DNA of 32,000 nt from Candidatus Nanopusillus sp. GTDB taxonomy: Archaea > Nanobdellota > Nanobdellia > Nanobdellales > Nanobdellaceae. The notes below the pieces were generated by a model. The model made no database searches. It was not told the origin of the DNA and saw nothing but the letters and a program-made list of their open reading frames with translations. The stretch is taken from contig JAWDOO010000001.1 in NCBI GenBank assembly GCA_046533775.1, positions 95,582 through 127,581 of the forward strand, given 5' to 3'. A program made the translations under genes and the position numbers. Position 1 is the stretch's first letter; the number at the start of each line of letters is the position of its first letter. This document shows positions 15,264 through 25,440 of this stretch, piece by piece.

Positions 15264-17870
15264 TTAATTTACTTTCTTTATATAAAATTTATCAACTTTC
15301 TTTTCTCCTTCTTTTAAATTAATTATTCCATCCTTACACTTTAAATTTATATCATTTATTAAATTTTTATACTTCAAAACATATTTTATTATATCAGAAA
15401 TACATAAATTGGTTTCTAAATATAATTTTCCATCCTTTATATTGTTTTTAATATATTCATCTAATATTAAATTTAATTTTTTATTATATTCATCTCTTTC
15501 TTTATTTATTTTTTCAATATAATTATTTAAATTATTTATATCAATATTATATTTATTTTTTATATCTAAAATTTTTTCTTCATAATCTTCAAATTCTTCT
15601 ATAACTCTATCACCAGCAACAAATCTAAACCTTATTAATCCATCTGCAATTTTTTCTACACTTTTTATTTTTACTAATCCAATTTCTAATGTATTATCTA
15701 AATGCGTTCCAGAACATGCTTCAACATCTGTATTTTCTATTTCAACAATTCTTAATTTTGTTTCTGGTATAAATCCTCCTTGATATATTATAAATCCATA
15801 TTTTTCTTCAGCCTCATTTCTTAACAAATAAAATTTATTTATTTTTCTTCCTTCTAATATTATTTTATTTAATTCTTTTTCAATTAATTTTATTTCATTA
15901 TATGAAGGTACTTTATAATGCGTAACATCTAATTTTCCTTCATATTCATTTTTTTCAGCACTAGCTTGCCATATATGATTTCCATATATTTTTCTTAATA
16001 CAGATGTTAATAAATGTGTTGCAGTATGATGTCTTGATATCCTATATCTTCTATCTTTATCAATAATTTGTAAAATATTTGAATTTTTATCCCAATTAAC
16101 TTTTCTATCTATTTTATGTAATATTATTTTTTCATATTCAATTACATCAATAACTTTTGCAAAATAATTTTCAAATCCTTCAATTTTATTACCGTTTAAA
16201 TAATCTTTTAATATTTCTTTTACATAATATGGAAAATCATAATTATTTAAAATATCTTTTGAATAATTTTTTATTTCATCTAAATTAAATATATATCCAG
16301 TATCATTTACCTGTCCACCTTTTGTTGGATAAAATACAGTTCTATCAAATATTAAATATTCATCTTCTATTCCAATTAATTTTCCAATATCATAATATTT
16401 TTTCCATGATTCATAAAATGATTTATATGTTTCCGGATAATTTAATTTTAAATTTAATTTTTCTTCTTTTTTTATTTTTTTAGATTTTTCTTTATGTTCC
16501 TCAATTAATTTATTTAATTCTTCTCTATTTATTTTTATATTTGGATTTATATCTTCTATAATTTCTAAAGAAATTCCATATGATGTATATAGTTCAAATA
16601 TTTTCTTTGTATCGATATTTTTTAAATTATTTAAAATTTTTTGAGCATTTTTCTTTACTTCTAAATATTTTTCATATTCATATTTTAATATATCAACAAT
16701 TTCATTTATATTTTCCTTTAATTTTTCTTCATACCAATCTTCAGAAATTTTTATCAATAATTTTCTTAAAAAGTCTTCTATATCATTTATTTCAAAATAT
16801 TTATCAATAAAATAAAACATTCTTCTTGCAATCAATCTTAAATTATAATTTCCTCCAATATTTGAAGGTAATGCTCCATCAGATATTGCAATATATAATG
16901 ATCTAATATGATCTGAAATTGAATATATTGCCCTCATTATTTCAATATTATTCTTTGGATCTATTCCTTTTTCCTTTAAAAATTCCTCAAAAGATTTTAT
17001 ATCATTTTTTTCAAAATCAAATAATGAAGAATACATTGAAATCTTTGATAATAAATTTATATCAATTTCATATTTTATATTATCTAATAAAAATTTTATT
17101 GTATTTGGAAATACAATATCATATGATGTACTTGTACCATTTGTAATCCATGCAACTCTTTCCTGTCCCATTCCCATATCCAAAACTTTTAATTTATCCA
17201 ATTCTATCCATTCATTATTAATAATTTTATATTGCATATATACCTGATTTGCAACTTCTAAACCTCTTATAAAGAATTCAATCGATGTACCACCATTTCC
17301 CCCACCTTCCCATTTATCTTCATGAAATATAAATTCATTCATTGGAAAATTATTATCTTCAAACCAATAATATAGATCTAAAAAATATTGATTTATATCA
17401 TATTCTTCAGGTTTTACAAATGCATGTTGTCCAATCATTACAAAACCTGTATAATGTCTTCCCGTTAATCCAACATTTCTTACATCATTAAATCTTAAAC
17501 AAAATTGTGGAACGGTTAATTTTTTTGAAGGTGGTTCTGTATATCCTTCTACAACCCATGGTTGAAAATCTGCAATTGATGCAATTACAAAATCTATATC
17601 ATCCCTCCATCTAGCTACAACAGGATATCTATTTATTATTGCATATCCTCTTTTATTTAAATATTTTGAAAAACTTTCCCATACTTCTCTATATTTTAAT
17701 TTTTTTCCAACAGGATTATTTATAAAACCATAATTTTCATGATCTCCACATATTTCTCTATTTTTATCAAAAGTCCAAAAATATCTACCACAAATTTTAC
17801 ATTTTTTTCTAAATAGACCTAAACTTTCTAAAGATCTTTTTGGATATAATTTTTCATAATCAGATTGCAC
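15264..17870 (-). CDS. alaS: Alanyl-tRNA synthetase (archaeal type, contiguous 868 aa)
   Basis: N-terminal Zn-like CKICGRYFWT...CGD, a catalytic core (FCLRFNDVRNVG, GQHAF, MGMGQERV), and the editing-domain motifs HHTATHLL and CSGTH. It starts 9 nt after tRNA-Leu. Confidence 0.95.
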   Translation of the reverse strand: MQSDYEKLYPKRSLESLGLFRKKCKICGRYFWTFDKNREICGDHENYGFINNPVGKKLKYREVWESFSKYLNKRGYAIINRYPVVARWRDDIDFVIASIADFQPWVVEGYTEPPSKKLTVPQFCLRFNDVRNVGLTGRHYTGFVMIGQHAFVKPEEYDINQYFLDLYYWFEDNNFPMNEFIFHEDKWEGGGNGGTSIEFFIRGLEVANQVYMQYKIINNEWIELDKLKVLDMGMGQERVAWITNGTSTSYDIVFPNTIKFLLDNIKYEIDINLLSKISMYSSLFDFEKNDIKSFEEFLKEKGIDPKNNIEIMRAIYSISDHIRSLYIAISDGALPSNIGGNYNLRLIARRMFYFIDKYFEINDIEDFLRKLLIKISEDWYEEKLKENINEIVDILKYEYEKYLEVKKNAQKILNNLKNIDTKKIFELYTSYGISLEIIEDINPNIKINREELNKLIEEHKEKSKKIKKEEKLNLKLNYPETYKSFYESWKKYYDIGKLIGIEDEYLIFDRTVFYPTKGGQVNDTGYIFNLDEIKNYSKDILNNYDFPYYVKEILKDYLNGNKIEGFENYFAKVIDVIEYEKIILHKIDRKVNWDKNSNILQIIDKDRRYRISRHHTATHLLTSVLRKIYGNHIWQASAEKNEYEGKLDVTHYKVPSYNEIKLIEKELNKIILEGRKINKFYLLRNEAEEKYGFIIYQGGFIPETKLRIVEIENTDVEACSGTHLDNTLEIGLVKIKSVEKIADGLIRFRFVAGDRVIEEFEDYEEKILDIKNKYNIDINNLNNYIEKINKERDEYNKKLNLILDEYIKNNIKDGKLYLETNLCISDIIKYVLKYKNLINDINLKCKDGIINLKEGEKKVDKFYIKKVN

Positions 17871-18720
17871 CCTTTTTCTTTAATAATTCATATTTTTGCA
17901 TTACTAATATTTCATCCATTGAAAGTTCAGAACCATTCATAATTTTTTGCTGTATCTTTGAATATTCTTCAATTATCTTATTCTTTTCTTCTTCAGATAT
18001 TTCAACTGCTTGCTTTTGTAATCTCTGACTTATATATTTTTGTAAATCTTCATTTAATTTATCTTCAAGTTCTCTTATTTTATCCTTTATTTGTTTTATT
18101 TGTTCCTTAATTTTATTATATTCATCCATTATTTGTGTTAATCTTTCTTTTATTTGCTTTATTTGTTCTTTTACAACCTTTCTTTCATCAATATTTTTTC
18201 TAATATTTTGACCTATTATTGATAATTTAGATCTATAAGCATTATATTCTTCCCTTAATTTATCAAATTCTTGTAAAACAGAAGATATTTCTTCATATTT
18301 ACCTAAAAGTTTTCTTAAATATTTTATCCTATTCCAAATTTTCTTTTCTTGAGAATATGATAAAACTTCTGTCTGTAAAACATATTCCAATGTTTCCAAT
18401 TCTTTTTTATATTTATTTATATCTTTTGCAATATCTTTATTCTTAAATATATCTTTTCTTGCTTGTCTTATTTCATCTAACTTTTTCTTTAATTCTTCTA
18501 ACTTCTCCAATGTTTTTTGTCTTTCGTTCATTAAGTTATCCAATATTTTACTATACTCTTCTTTTTTACTCCTCAATTCCTTTAATTTTTCCAATAATTC
18601 TTTTCTTTCTTTATATAAAACCTTCTTTCTAGAGTATAAATTTTCCTTTTCTTCTCCTAACTTAATTAATTCTTTTTTTGTTAAGATAATGCCCCTATAA
18701 ATTTTATCTGAATCTATCAC
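17860..18720 (-). CDS. Archaeal coiled-coil protein (COG1340-like)
   Basis: 286 aa of almost uninterrupted K/E/L-rich heptad-like sequence (KELLEKLKELRSKKEE..., IKQIKERLTQIMDEYNKIKEQIKQIKDKIRELEDKL). It overlaps the alaS start by 11 nt and lies beside the P1 gene. Confidence 0.6.
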   Translation of the reverse strand: MIDSDKIYRGIILTKKELIKLGEEKENLYSRKKVLYKERKELLEKLKELRSKKEEYSKILDNLMNERQKTLEKLEELKKKLDEIRQARKDIFKNKDIAKDINKYKKELETLEYVLQTEVLSYSQEKKIWNRIKYLRKLLGKYEEISSVLQEFDKLREEYNAYRSKLSIIGQNIRKNIDERKVVKEQIKQIKERLTQIMDEYNKIKEQIKQIKDKIRELEDKLNEDLQKYISQRLQKQAVEISEEEKNKIIEEYSKIQQKIMNGSELSMDEILVMQKYELLKKKGAI

Positions 18721-18755
18721 CTTAAAATTAAATTATATATAAAAATTTATAAATT

Positions 18756-19064
18756 TTAGAAACCAAATAATGATGATAAACCTTCTAATGCTTGCTCTTC
18801 CTTCTTTTCTTCTACCTTCTTTTCTTGCTTTTCTTCCTTCTTTTGCTCTACTTGTTGTGGAGCAGCTTGTGCTGGAGCAACAGATAATGATTCTTCCTTT
18901 ATTTTATCCAAATCAACTCCTTGTAAACTTGCTAATACAGCATTTATCATTGCATCATTTGGTTCTATTCCTACTGATGTCAATACTTTTTTTATATTAT
19001 CTGCATTTATTTCTTTTTTAGCTTCATGTAATAACCATACTGCATATATATATTCAAGACCCAT
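18756..19064 (-). CDS. rpl12: 50S ribosomal stalk protein P1 (L12Ae)
   Basis: MGLEYIYAVWLLHEAKKEINADNIKKVLTSVGIE..., then an A/P/Q/E/K-rich hinge and the conserved C-terminal EGLSSLFGF tail typical of archaeal P1. Confidence 0.9.
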   Translation of the reverse strand: MGLEYIYAVWLLHEAKKEINADNIKKVLTSVGIEPNDAMINAVLASLQGVDLDKIKEESLSVAPAQAAPQQVEQKKEEKQEKKVEEKKEEQALEGLSSLFGF

Positions 19065-19107
19065 TTATTATTGTTAAAAAAAATATATTTAAAAATGATA
19101 GCCTTCC

Positions 19108-20226
19108 CTATTTTATATCCTCAAATCTTTGAACTAGTTTATCTAATATAGGTTTTACTGTAGTTGTTAATAAATCTTCATAAGATACCCTATGAGGTTC
19201 AAATGGGCCATGCCTTCTAATATAATCTGCAATTTCTAATGCTTTATTTCTTGTATAATCAAATGCTGGATCATCAAACATATCTTCTGGACCATATAAT
19301 TTATCTTTCTTTACTTGAAATCCCAATGCAATTACCCTTGGAGGTCCATCAAACCTTGTAGCTCTTGCATTCTTTAAACTTACAGGTAATAAAGGACCCC
19401 AATATGATCCTCTCATCCACCCATTTACCATATATGGAAATGAAAAAGCTTCCAATATTTCTCCTACTGCAGGAAATCCTTTTTGTGCTCTTACAATCAT
19501 TACTGGATCATCCTTTCCAGCATATCTACCAGCTTCTTCATATAATCTTTCTGTAGAAGATACTGCAACAGGTTCATCTTTTGGATATTTATCGGATCTT
19601 GGATATACCCTTTTTATAGCAAACCTTTCAGATGTTCCAATTAATAATAATAAATCATAAATTTCTTCTGGAGAATTTAAATATATTCTTTTATGATTAT
19701 ACAAATCCCATACTTCAAATCTAAATCCAGGTCTCATGTCTGGATCAATTACTAAACCTGGTGTATTAAATGGATTTGCAAACATTTGAAATAAAGGATA
19801 ATTAAATGCTCCAGATTCTGTTTTGTCTGCAGCAAATACAATTATTGATTCTGGAGATCTTAATGTAAATTCCATTTCTGCAACTCCAGGTCCCATTCCA
19901 ATTAATGAACCAGTAAATTCTTTTTTTATTAAATCCCCTCCTGCACCATATAAATTCATTTCTTTTGCAATTTCAGAATTTTTCTTAAATATTTCAAATG
20001 CAATTTGATGTATTTCTCTATTATTTTCCCCTTTATTATGTAATAATATTAAGTTTAAATCATCCCCTACATGTGATACAAAATAATCGAATATTTTTTC
20101 TCCCTTATATTTATCTAATATATCTGAAGCTGTTTCTTCAAATATTTCTGGAATTGTTGAATTTCCAACTAAACTTCCTATATCAGCTTTTAAAACACTT
20201 ATTGTTATTTTTTCTGATGATGTCAT
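19108..20226 (-). CDS. fbp: Fructose-1,6-bisphosphate aldolase/phosphatase (class V FBPase)
   Basis: ITISVLKADIGSLVG (KADxG), GDDLNLILLH, YGAGGDL, PGVAEMEF, NYPLFQMFANPFNTPGLVIDP, GFRFEVWDL, DDPVMIVRAQ and WMRGSYWGPLLPV are all characteristic of the archaeal bifunctional FBPA/P. Confidence 0.95.
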   Translation of the reverse strand: MTSSEKITISVLKADIGSLVGNSTIPEIFEETASDILDKYKGEKIFDYFVSHVGDDLNLILLHNKGENNREIHQIAFEIFKKNSEIAKEMNLYGAGGDLIKKEFTGSLIGMGPGVAEMEFTLRSPESIIVFAADKTESGAFNYPLFQMFANPFNTPGLVIDPDMRPGFRFEVWDLYNHKRIYLNSPEEIYDLLLLIGTSERFAIKRVYPRSDKYPKDEPVAVSSTERLYEEAGRYAGKDDPVMIVRAQKGFPAVGEILEAFSFPYMVNGWMRGSYWGPLLPVSLKNARATRFDGPPRVIALGFQVKKDKLYGPEDMFDDPAFDYTRNKALEIADYIRRHGPFEPHRVSYEDLLTTTVKPILDKLVQRFEDIK

Positions 20227-20321
20227 ATAATAATTTTTAATTTCATTTTTTATAGTATTATTATACCACCTAAGAGTATAAAAATTTTAATAGTTAAATA
20301 CCTTTCTTAAAATATTTAATA

Positions 20322-21509
20322 ATGGCAAAGAGTTCACCTCCTTACATAAAATATATGATACATGCATCAGTATATATTGATGGAGTAGTTGAAAAACCAG
20401 ATGTAATAGGAGCAATATTTGGGCAAACAGAAGGTTTGTTAGGATCTGAAATGGATCTAAGAGAATTACAGAGATCTGGAAAAGTTGGAAGAATAGATGT
20501 AGATCTTAAGGTAGAAAATGATAAAACAATTGGGGAAATTAGAATACCAACAAGTTTAAATAGATTTGAAACTTCATTAATTGCTGCAACATTGGAAACT
20601 GTAACTAGAATTGGACCAACACATGCAACAATAAAGGTACAAAAGATAGAAGATATAAGAAAAACAAAGGTACAACAAATATTAGAGAGAGCTAGAGAAT
20701 TATTAGCAAAATTAATAAACGAAGAATTACCAGATCCAAAAGAATTACTATTATATTTAGAATATTCATATAATATGAAAACATTAATTGAATATGGACC
20801 AGAAAAATTACCTGCAGGACCTGATGTAGATAAATCTGAAGAAATAATATTAGTAGAGGGAAGGGCAGATGTTCTAAATTTATTAAGATATGGAATTACA
20901 AATGTAATAGCATTAAATGGATTAAATGTACCAAAAACAATTATTGATTTATCAAAGAAAAAAATAATAACAACATTCTTTGATGGAGATAGGGGTGGAG
21001 ATTTATTAGTAAAAGAATGTATGCTAAGTGGTGTTGATATTGATTTTGTAGCAAAGCCAGAACCTGGAAGAGAGGTTGAAGAATTATCTGGAAAAGAAAT
21101 ATTAAAAGCATTAAAGAATAAAATATCATTTGATCAAGTTAGGGCATATTATGAAAAATTAGAGGGAACTACTGAAGATATAAAAAATATTAGAAGCGAA
21201 AAGAAGATAAAGGATCCAATATTACAGAAATTAAAATCATATATGAATGATATATTTAAATCAGATCAAGCTTTATTATTAGATGATAACTTTAATATAT
21301 TAAATAAAGTACCTGTAGATAAATTGGGAGAAATAATATTGAAACATAATAATTTAGCATATTTAGTAATGGATGGTATATTAACAAGAGAATTATTAGA
21401 ATTAATAGAAAAAAGTACAAACATAAAATATGTTGTATGTATAGATAGTATACAAAAAAATAGTAATAAGGTAAAGATATATACAATAAGCGATCTTGAT
21501 AAAGTCTAA
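20322..21509 (+). CDS. dnaG: Archaeal DnaG-type primase (Toprim domain)
   Basis: The N-terminal YIKYMIHASVYIDGVVEKPDVIGAIFGQTEGLLG matches the conserved archaeal DnaG N-terminal domain. The Toprim region has ILVEGRADVLNLLRYGI and FFDGDRGGDLL. Confidence 0.9.
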   Translation: MAKSSPPYIKYMIHASVYIDGVVEKPDVIGAIFGQTEGLLGSEMDLRELQRSGKVGRIDVDLKVENDKTIGEIRIPTSLNRFETSLIAATLETVTRIGPTHATIKVQKIEDIRKTKVQQILERARELLAKLINEELPDPKELLLYLEYSYNMKTLIEYGPEKLPAGPDVDKSEEIILVEGRADVLNLLRYGITNVIALNGLNVPKTIIDLSKKKIITTFFDGDRGGDLLVKECMLSGVDIDFVAKPEPGREVEELSGKEILKALKNKISFDQVRAYYEKLEGTTEDIKNIRSEKKIKDPILQKLKSYMNDIFKSDQALLLDDNFNILNKVPVDKLGEIILKHNNLAYLVMDGILTRELLELIEKSTNIKYVVCIDSIQKNSNKVKIYTISDLDKV

Positions 21510-21979
21510 CTTTTTTCTACTTGATAATTTATTATTCCACTAACAGAATTATTTTCTACAGATGAATAATATAATGTTAAATATAAAGTTCCACCAAGTT
21601 TTTCCCATTGAATAATTGTTAATCTTGTTTGATCATCCAATTCAAAATTATATTGCAATGTAATATAACTTTCTGGTTGTATTATATATATATTCTGTAA
21701 AAAGTTTCCAGAAGTTATTATTGATGATGTTTGATATGAATTTTTTAACCCTAAATATGAAAAATATATTTCTACAGAATAGTTATTTGGATTATTTACA
21801 TTAAAGGAAAAATAATTTCCATTTACGCTAAAATTTGATATATATAAATTATATATATTCTCAGGATTTACAATCTTATTTCCAACAAAATATTTTGAAT
21901 ATGAATAATATATTAGGTAAATTACTGGTATAGAAAATGCTAGAAATAATATATTTAATATTATCTTTTCTCTATCCAT
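21506..21979 (-). CDS. Hypothetical N-terminally membrane-anchored protein (157 aa), N/Y/S-rich ectodomain
   Basis: MDREKIILNILFLAFSIPVIYLIYYSY forms a TM helix, followed by beta-rich-looking sequence. There is a 4-nt convergent overlap with dnaG. Confidence 0.6.
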   Translation of the reverse strand: MDREKIILNILFLAFSIPVIYLIYYSYSKYFVGNKIVNPENIYNLYISNFSVNGNYFSFNVNNPNNYSVEIYFSYLGLKNSYQTSSIITSGNFLQNIYIIQPESYITLQYNFELDDQTRLTIIQWEKLGGTLYLTLYYSSVENNSVSGIINYQVEKS

Positions 21980-21984
21980 AATAT

Positions 21985-22581
21985 ATGGATGAATTTAATA
22001 AATTAAAAATATATCATATGAAAAAACTTGAGGAAGCTAAGGAAAAATATTTAGCAGACCAACCTATATATTATATTCTAGATTTTATTAATTCATTAGA
22101 TTTCTTTTTTACAACATCTTCATGTGCTGGTAGAATAATTTTATTAAAAATACCAAAAAGTGGGAAAAAATTTGAGGCAGAATTTCTATTTAAATCTCAT
22201 TATTATGTAAATTTTTATTATATATGGAATAAATTATTAGAAGTATATAAAAATTATGATGAGAAAATATACTTTAAACAAGAACCATTTATTTTACATG
22301 TATCTTCAAAAAATATAGAAAGAGCATATGAACTATTGAATATTGCAAGAAAATCTGGATTCAAACATTCTGGAATATTTTTGATAAATGATAAAAGGGT
22401 AATGGTTGAAATTGTTGGAAATGAAAAAATTGAAACAATTGTATCAAAAAATAGAAAATTATTAATAGATAAAGAATATTTTTATAATTTAGTAAAAGAG
22501 GCAAATGAGAAATTAAAGAATGTAAGAAAAAGAATAGATATATTTTATAAAAATCTTCTATCCTATTATATTACAATATGA
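21985..22581 (+). CDS. taw3: tRNA wyosine-derivative methyltransferase Taw3/TYW3
   Basis: FTTSSCAGRIILL (the SSCxGRI signature of TYW3), FKQEPFILHV and GFKHSG. The size, ~200 aa, is as in archaeal Taw3. Confidence 0.8.
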   Translation: MDEFNKLKIYHMKKLEEAKEKYLADQPIYYILDFINSLDFFFTTSSCAGRIILLKIPKSGKKFEAEFLFKSHYYVNFYYIWNKLLEVYKNYDEKIYFKQEPFILHVSSKNIERAYELLNIARKSGFKHSGIFLINDKRVMVEIVGNEKIETIVSKNRKLLIDKEYFYNLVKEANEKLKNVRKRIDIFYKNLLSYYITI

Positions 22582-24066
22582 ATTATAGCAATAATTATTC
22601 ATTGTTTCATCATTTATTTTTACAAATTCATATAAATAATAATTGTATGTAAATTGATTACCTTGACTACCCATAATTGCTTCTGCAGAAATACATGTAG
22701 CATTAAAATAATAATAACCATTTTCTTCATAACATGCAGAGCTAATATGACATGAAGGTGGAATTAATAAATGATTGTACCAAAAATTACATGCAGAGGG
22801 ATTTTCATATGGCCCAACTGCAACTATTTCTTCATCTAAAGAGCAACTTACATTATTATAATTTATCTGAATATCTACAGGTATTAAACCTGGATAGTAT
22901 CCATCAGTATAATATGTATAATTTTCTAAAACGTTTTCTACAAAATTTTTATCAACCCCTATATCTTCTCCATAACTAATATAATTAATAATATTTACAC
23001 TACTTATATTATAAAAATATATAGTGGATATAGGTGTTTCGCTTAATATTTTATAGTTAGATAAAGCACTATTATTATATAAACATTCTTGCATATATTG
23101 AATATATGTACTATTTACTATACATTGATTATTTACAATCTGTCCAATTGATTCACATGGTATTACAATTGTTACATTTGTAATATTTGGATATTCTACT
23201 GGTAAAAGTTGAGATGTATATAGATCTAGAAGATAATAATATGGATTATTAAATGATAAATTTAAATATAAATTGTCTCCAATTGTTTCATTAGAATATG
23301 CATTTTGATATAAATATATATAATTTGATTGATTTGTTAAATTGTAATATATAAATTGAAATGTTTGATTATATAAATAATCTATTAATTCATTATAATA
23401 TAATAAAAATGGATATATTGAATAAGTTATTTGATTATCTAATTGAGGAAAAGATAAACTTCTATTATATTTATTTAATACAAAGAAAGAATATTGCGGA
23501 TTTGATAATACAAAACTATTTTCAGAAATATCATAATAAAAATCCTGATATGAAAAATTTGCATGTTTAAAATTTAAATTTGCATTTAAATATTCAATTT
23601 CATTGTTTAAATTTTGATTTACAATATTTCCAATATTAGAAAATATATTTTCCATATTTGGATAGTTATTATTATTTATATTATTTAAAGGAAATATTGG
23701 AACACATAATGAATAATTTACATCATAATTATTTCCGTTATTTTCTACACTTTCTACATTAAATAAAAAAGGAATTTCACATTGAGAATAATAATCTGGA
23801 GCATTATTTCCAAATACATAATTTATATTATACGTAGATCCTGAAAAAATATTTGTTAAAAGATTATTTAATAAATTATATCTAATATCAAATGGAATAT
23901 AAACAAATAATATATATAAAAATCCCTGATATGCAATATAATCTTCACTTAAATATCTTAAAGATTGAGTTGAAAGCTGAAGCTGAGAATTTAAATAATA
24001 TATACCAAAGATAGTTAAAATTATTACTCCTAAGAATAATGCTATTGGTGCTAAAGACGTTTTCAT
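22558..24066 (-). CDS. Large secreted/anchored N/Y-rich, Cys-rich protein with N-terminal hydrophobic (pilin-like/signal-anchor) helix; last gene of the surface operon
   Basis: MKTSLAPIALFLGVIILTIFGIYYL, followed by ~475 aa with many N-x-S/T sequons and more than 10 Cys. I recognise no family. The 3' end overlaps taw3 by 24 nt (convergent). Confidence 0.7.
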   Translation of the reverse strand: MKTSLAPIALFLGVIILTIFGIYYLNSQLQLSTQSLRYLSEDYIAYQGFLYILFVYIPFDIRYNLLNNLLTNIFSGSTYNINYVFGNNAPDYYSQCEIPFLFNVESVENNGNNYDVNYSLCVPIFPLNNINNNNYPNMENIFSNIGNIVNQNLNNEIEYLNANLNFKHANFSYQDFYYDISENSFVLSNPQYSFFVLNKYNRSLSFPQLDNQITYSIYPFLLYYNELIDYLYNQTFQFIYYNLTNQSNYIYLYQNAYSNETIGDNLYLNLSFNNPYYYLLDLYTSQLLPVEYPNITNVTIVIPCESIGQIVNNQCIVNSTYIQYMQECLYNNSALSNYKILSETPISTIYFYNISSVNIINYISYGEDIGVDKNFVENVLENYTYYTDGYYPGLIPVDIQINYNNVSCSLDEEIVAVGPYENPSACNFWYNHLLIPPSCHISSACYEENGYYYFNATCISAEAIMGSQGNQFTYNYYLYEFVKINDETMNNYCYNSYCNIIG

Positions 24067-24097
24067 ATAAATTCAATAAATTTTAAAATTATTAACT

Positions 24098-24604
24098 TTA
24101 ATTTGTAATAAAAGTTATATAACTACTATAATTTACATAAAAGTTATATAATACTGTTGGTGGACAAACATAAAATGTATATAATATACCATCTAAATAA
24201 ACATAATAATTTATATATTCTTTATTTGGACATACACCAATGATTGTATTATTATTAAAATAAAATGATAAAATTGTAGCAGAATTGTTTAAATAATATA
24301 ATTCTTCATTTGCCAATTCATTTATTATATAATTATCTAATGCTGTATTATTATTAAATCCTGCGTATATATCTATTACAGGTATAGTTACATTATCAAA
24401 ATAGATTAAAGAATCTAAAAAGCCATTTGCAGATTTATATTCAATACCAACAGTATTTAAACTTGCAATATTATTTAATGTTGGATTTCCATATGAAAAT
24501 ACATTAAATAAAAATATAAATAGTAGGGCTATAACAATAATTACTGCAGCAAGAAATGATAAAAAGAAGCCAATTTGTATCCTCATTATTGAGTAATTTG
24601 ACAT
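24098..24604 (-). CDS. Small secreted/anchored protein with N-terminal hydrophobic helix (surface operon)
   Basis: MSNYSIMRIQIGFFLSFLAAVIIVIALLFIFLF. The alternative start at M7 (ATG at 24586, MRIQIGFF...) gives a TAATG 1-nt overlap with the upstream gene instead of 19 nt. Confidence 0.65.
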   Translation of the reverse strand: MSNYSIMRIQIGFFLSFLAAVIIVIALLFIFLFNVFSYGNPTLNNIASLNTVGIEYKSANGFLDSLIYFDNVTIPVIDIYAGFNNNTALDNYIINELANEELYYLNNSATILSFYFNNNTIIGVCPNKEYINYYVYLDGILYTFYVCPPTVLYNFYVNYSSYITFITN

Positions 24605-25440
24605 GAAGATATATTTATTTGGCCTCCAGCAATTATATTACATGTTTCATTATATATTCCATTCATATAAAGATTTCCTACACCATATAAAGATACTATT
24701 ATTGGTTCTCCACTATCATATTCTGGTAAAGTAATATAATATGATGTTATTGGTTGAATATATACTTCATTATAATCTATTGTTCCTCCACTTGCAATAG
24801 TAGTAAGTATTTTATTAAGATATTCATCAATATTTATAAATTTATAGTTTTGATACATATATTCTGTCTCGTTATATATATATAAACTATAATTATAGAA
24901 ATAATTGATTAAGAATTGGTTTAAAGATGGTAAATTTTCATATGTATAACTTACATTATAAATATTATATGCAACATAATATGGATTAATATTTATATTA
25001 TCTTCAAAAGCAAGTCCATATGGATCATAAGAATATGAATAACTTATATTGTTGATATCATAGAAGAAGAAATATATATAATCGTCATAAGAAAAATTTA
25101 GATAAGTATATATAGCTTTATTTGATTGATTTGATTCATTAATAAGATAATAAAATGTTCCTGATATATTCATAAAACATTGTTGATATATATTATTATA
25201 TTCATTAATAATATTCATATTAGGAGCATAAAATAATAATAATGGATTTCCTGTATTTTCATATAAACAATAATTTAATCTATCAATTAATAAACTATCT
25301 GTAAATTGCTGATATGAATATTCAGAATATGATTCAACATTAAATAATGCATATAATATTGCTATAACAAAAAATACAAATATTATAATAACCGCAGCAG
25401 CTATATATTCAATTATATCTTTTAGAGATAATGATCTCAT
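24586..25440 (-). CDS. Secreted/anchored protein with class III-like signal (surface operon)
   Basis: MRSLSLKDIIEYIAAAVIIIFVFFVIAILYALF has a short basic N-region and an acidic residue before the hydrophobic helix, reminiscent of the QxSxExxxL / Flp IEY-type pilin N-termini. The ectodomain is N/Y-rich. It has a 4-nt overlap with the upstream gene. Confidence 0.7.
   Translation of the reverse strand: MRSLSLKDIIEYIAAAVIIIFVFFVIAILYALFNVESYSEYSYQQFTDSLLIDRLNYCLYENTGNPLLLFYAPNMNIINEYNNIYQQCFMNISGTFYYLINESNQSNKAIYTYLNFSYDDYIYFFFYDINNISYSYSYDPYGLAFEDNININPYYVAYNIYNVSYTYENLPSLNQFLINYFYNYSLYIYNETEYMYQNYKFINIDEYLNKILTTIASGGTIDYNEVYIQPITSYYITLPEYDSGEPIIVSLYGVGNLYMNGIYNETCNIIAGGQINISSCQITQ

Noticed and set aside
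16580-17146. Track ORFs 16580-16810 (+) and 16919-17146 (+), 75-76 aa.
   Set aside because: They lie entirely antisense within the well-supported alaS CDS. They are low-complexity L/F/I/Y-rich translations typical of the reverse strand of AT-rich coding sequence, with no motifs or start context.
17840-19021. Track ORFs 17840-18028 (+) and 18770-19021 (+).
   Set aside because: They are antisense to the coiled-coil gene/alaS start and to the ribosomal P1 gene respectively. They are mirror-image artefacts of K/E-rich coding sequence (runs of L/F/S).
19365-20240. Track ORFs 19365-19556, 19823-20008 and 19998-20240 (+).
   Set aside because: All three are antisense within the highly conserved fbp gene and have no independent support.
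20941-21486. Track ORFs 20941-21129 (-) and 21292-21486 (-).
   Set aside because: They are antisense within dnaG and have hydrophobic low-complexity translations.
22752-23570. Track ORFs 22752-22979 (+) and 23361-23570 (+). The same judgement applies to 26477-26695 (+) and 30756-30947 (-).
   Set aside because: Each is antisense inside a much longer ORF with coherent signal-peptide and ectodomain organisation. There is no evidence for overlapping genes.
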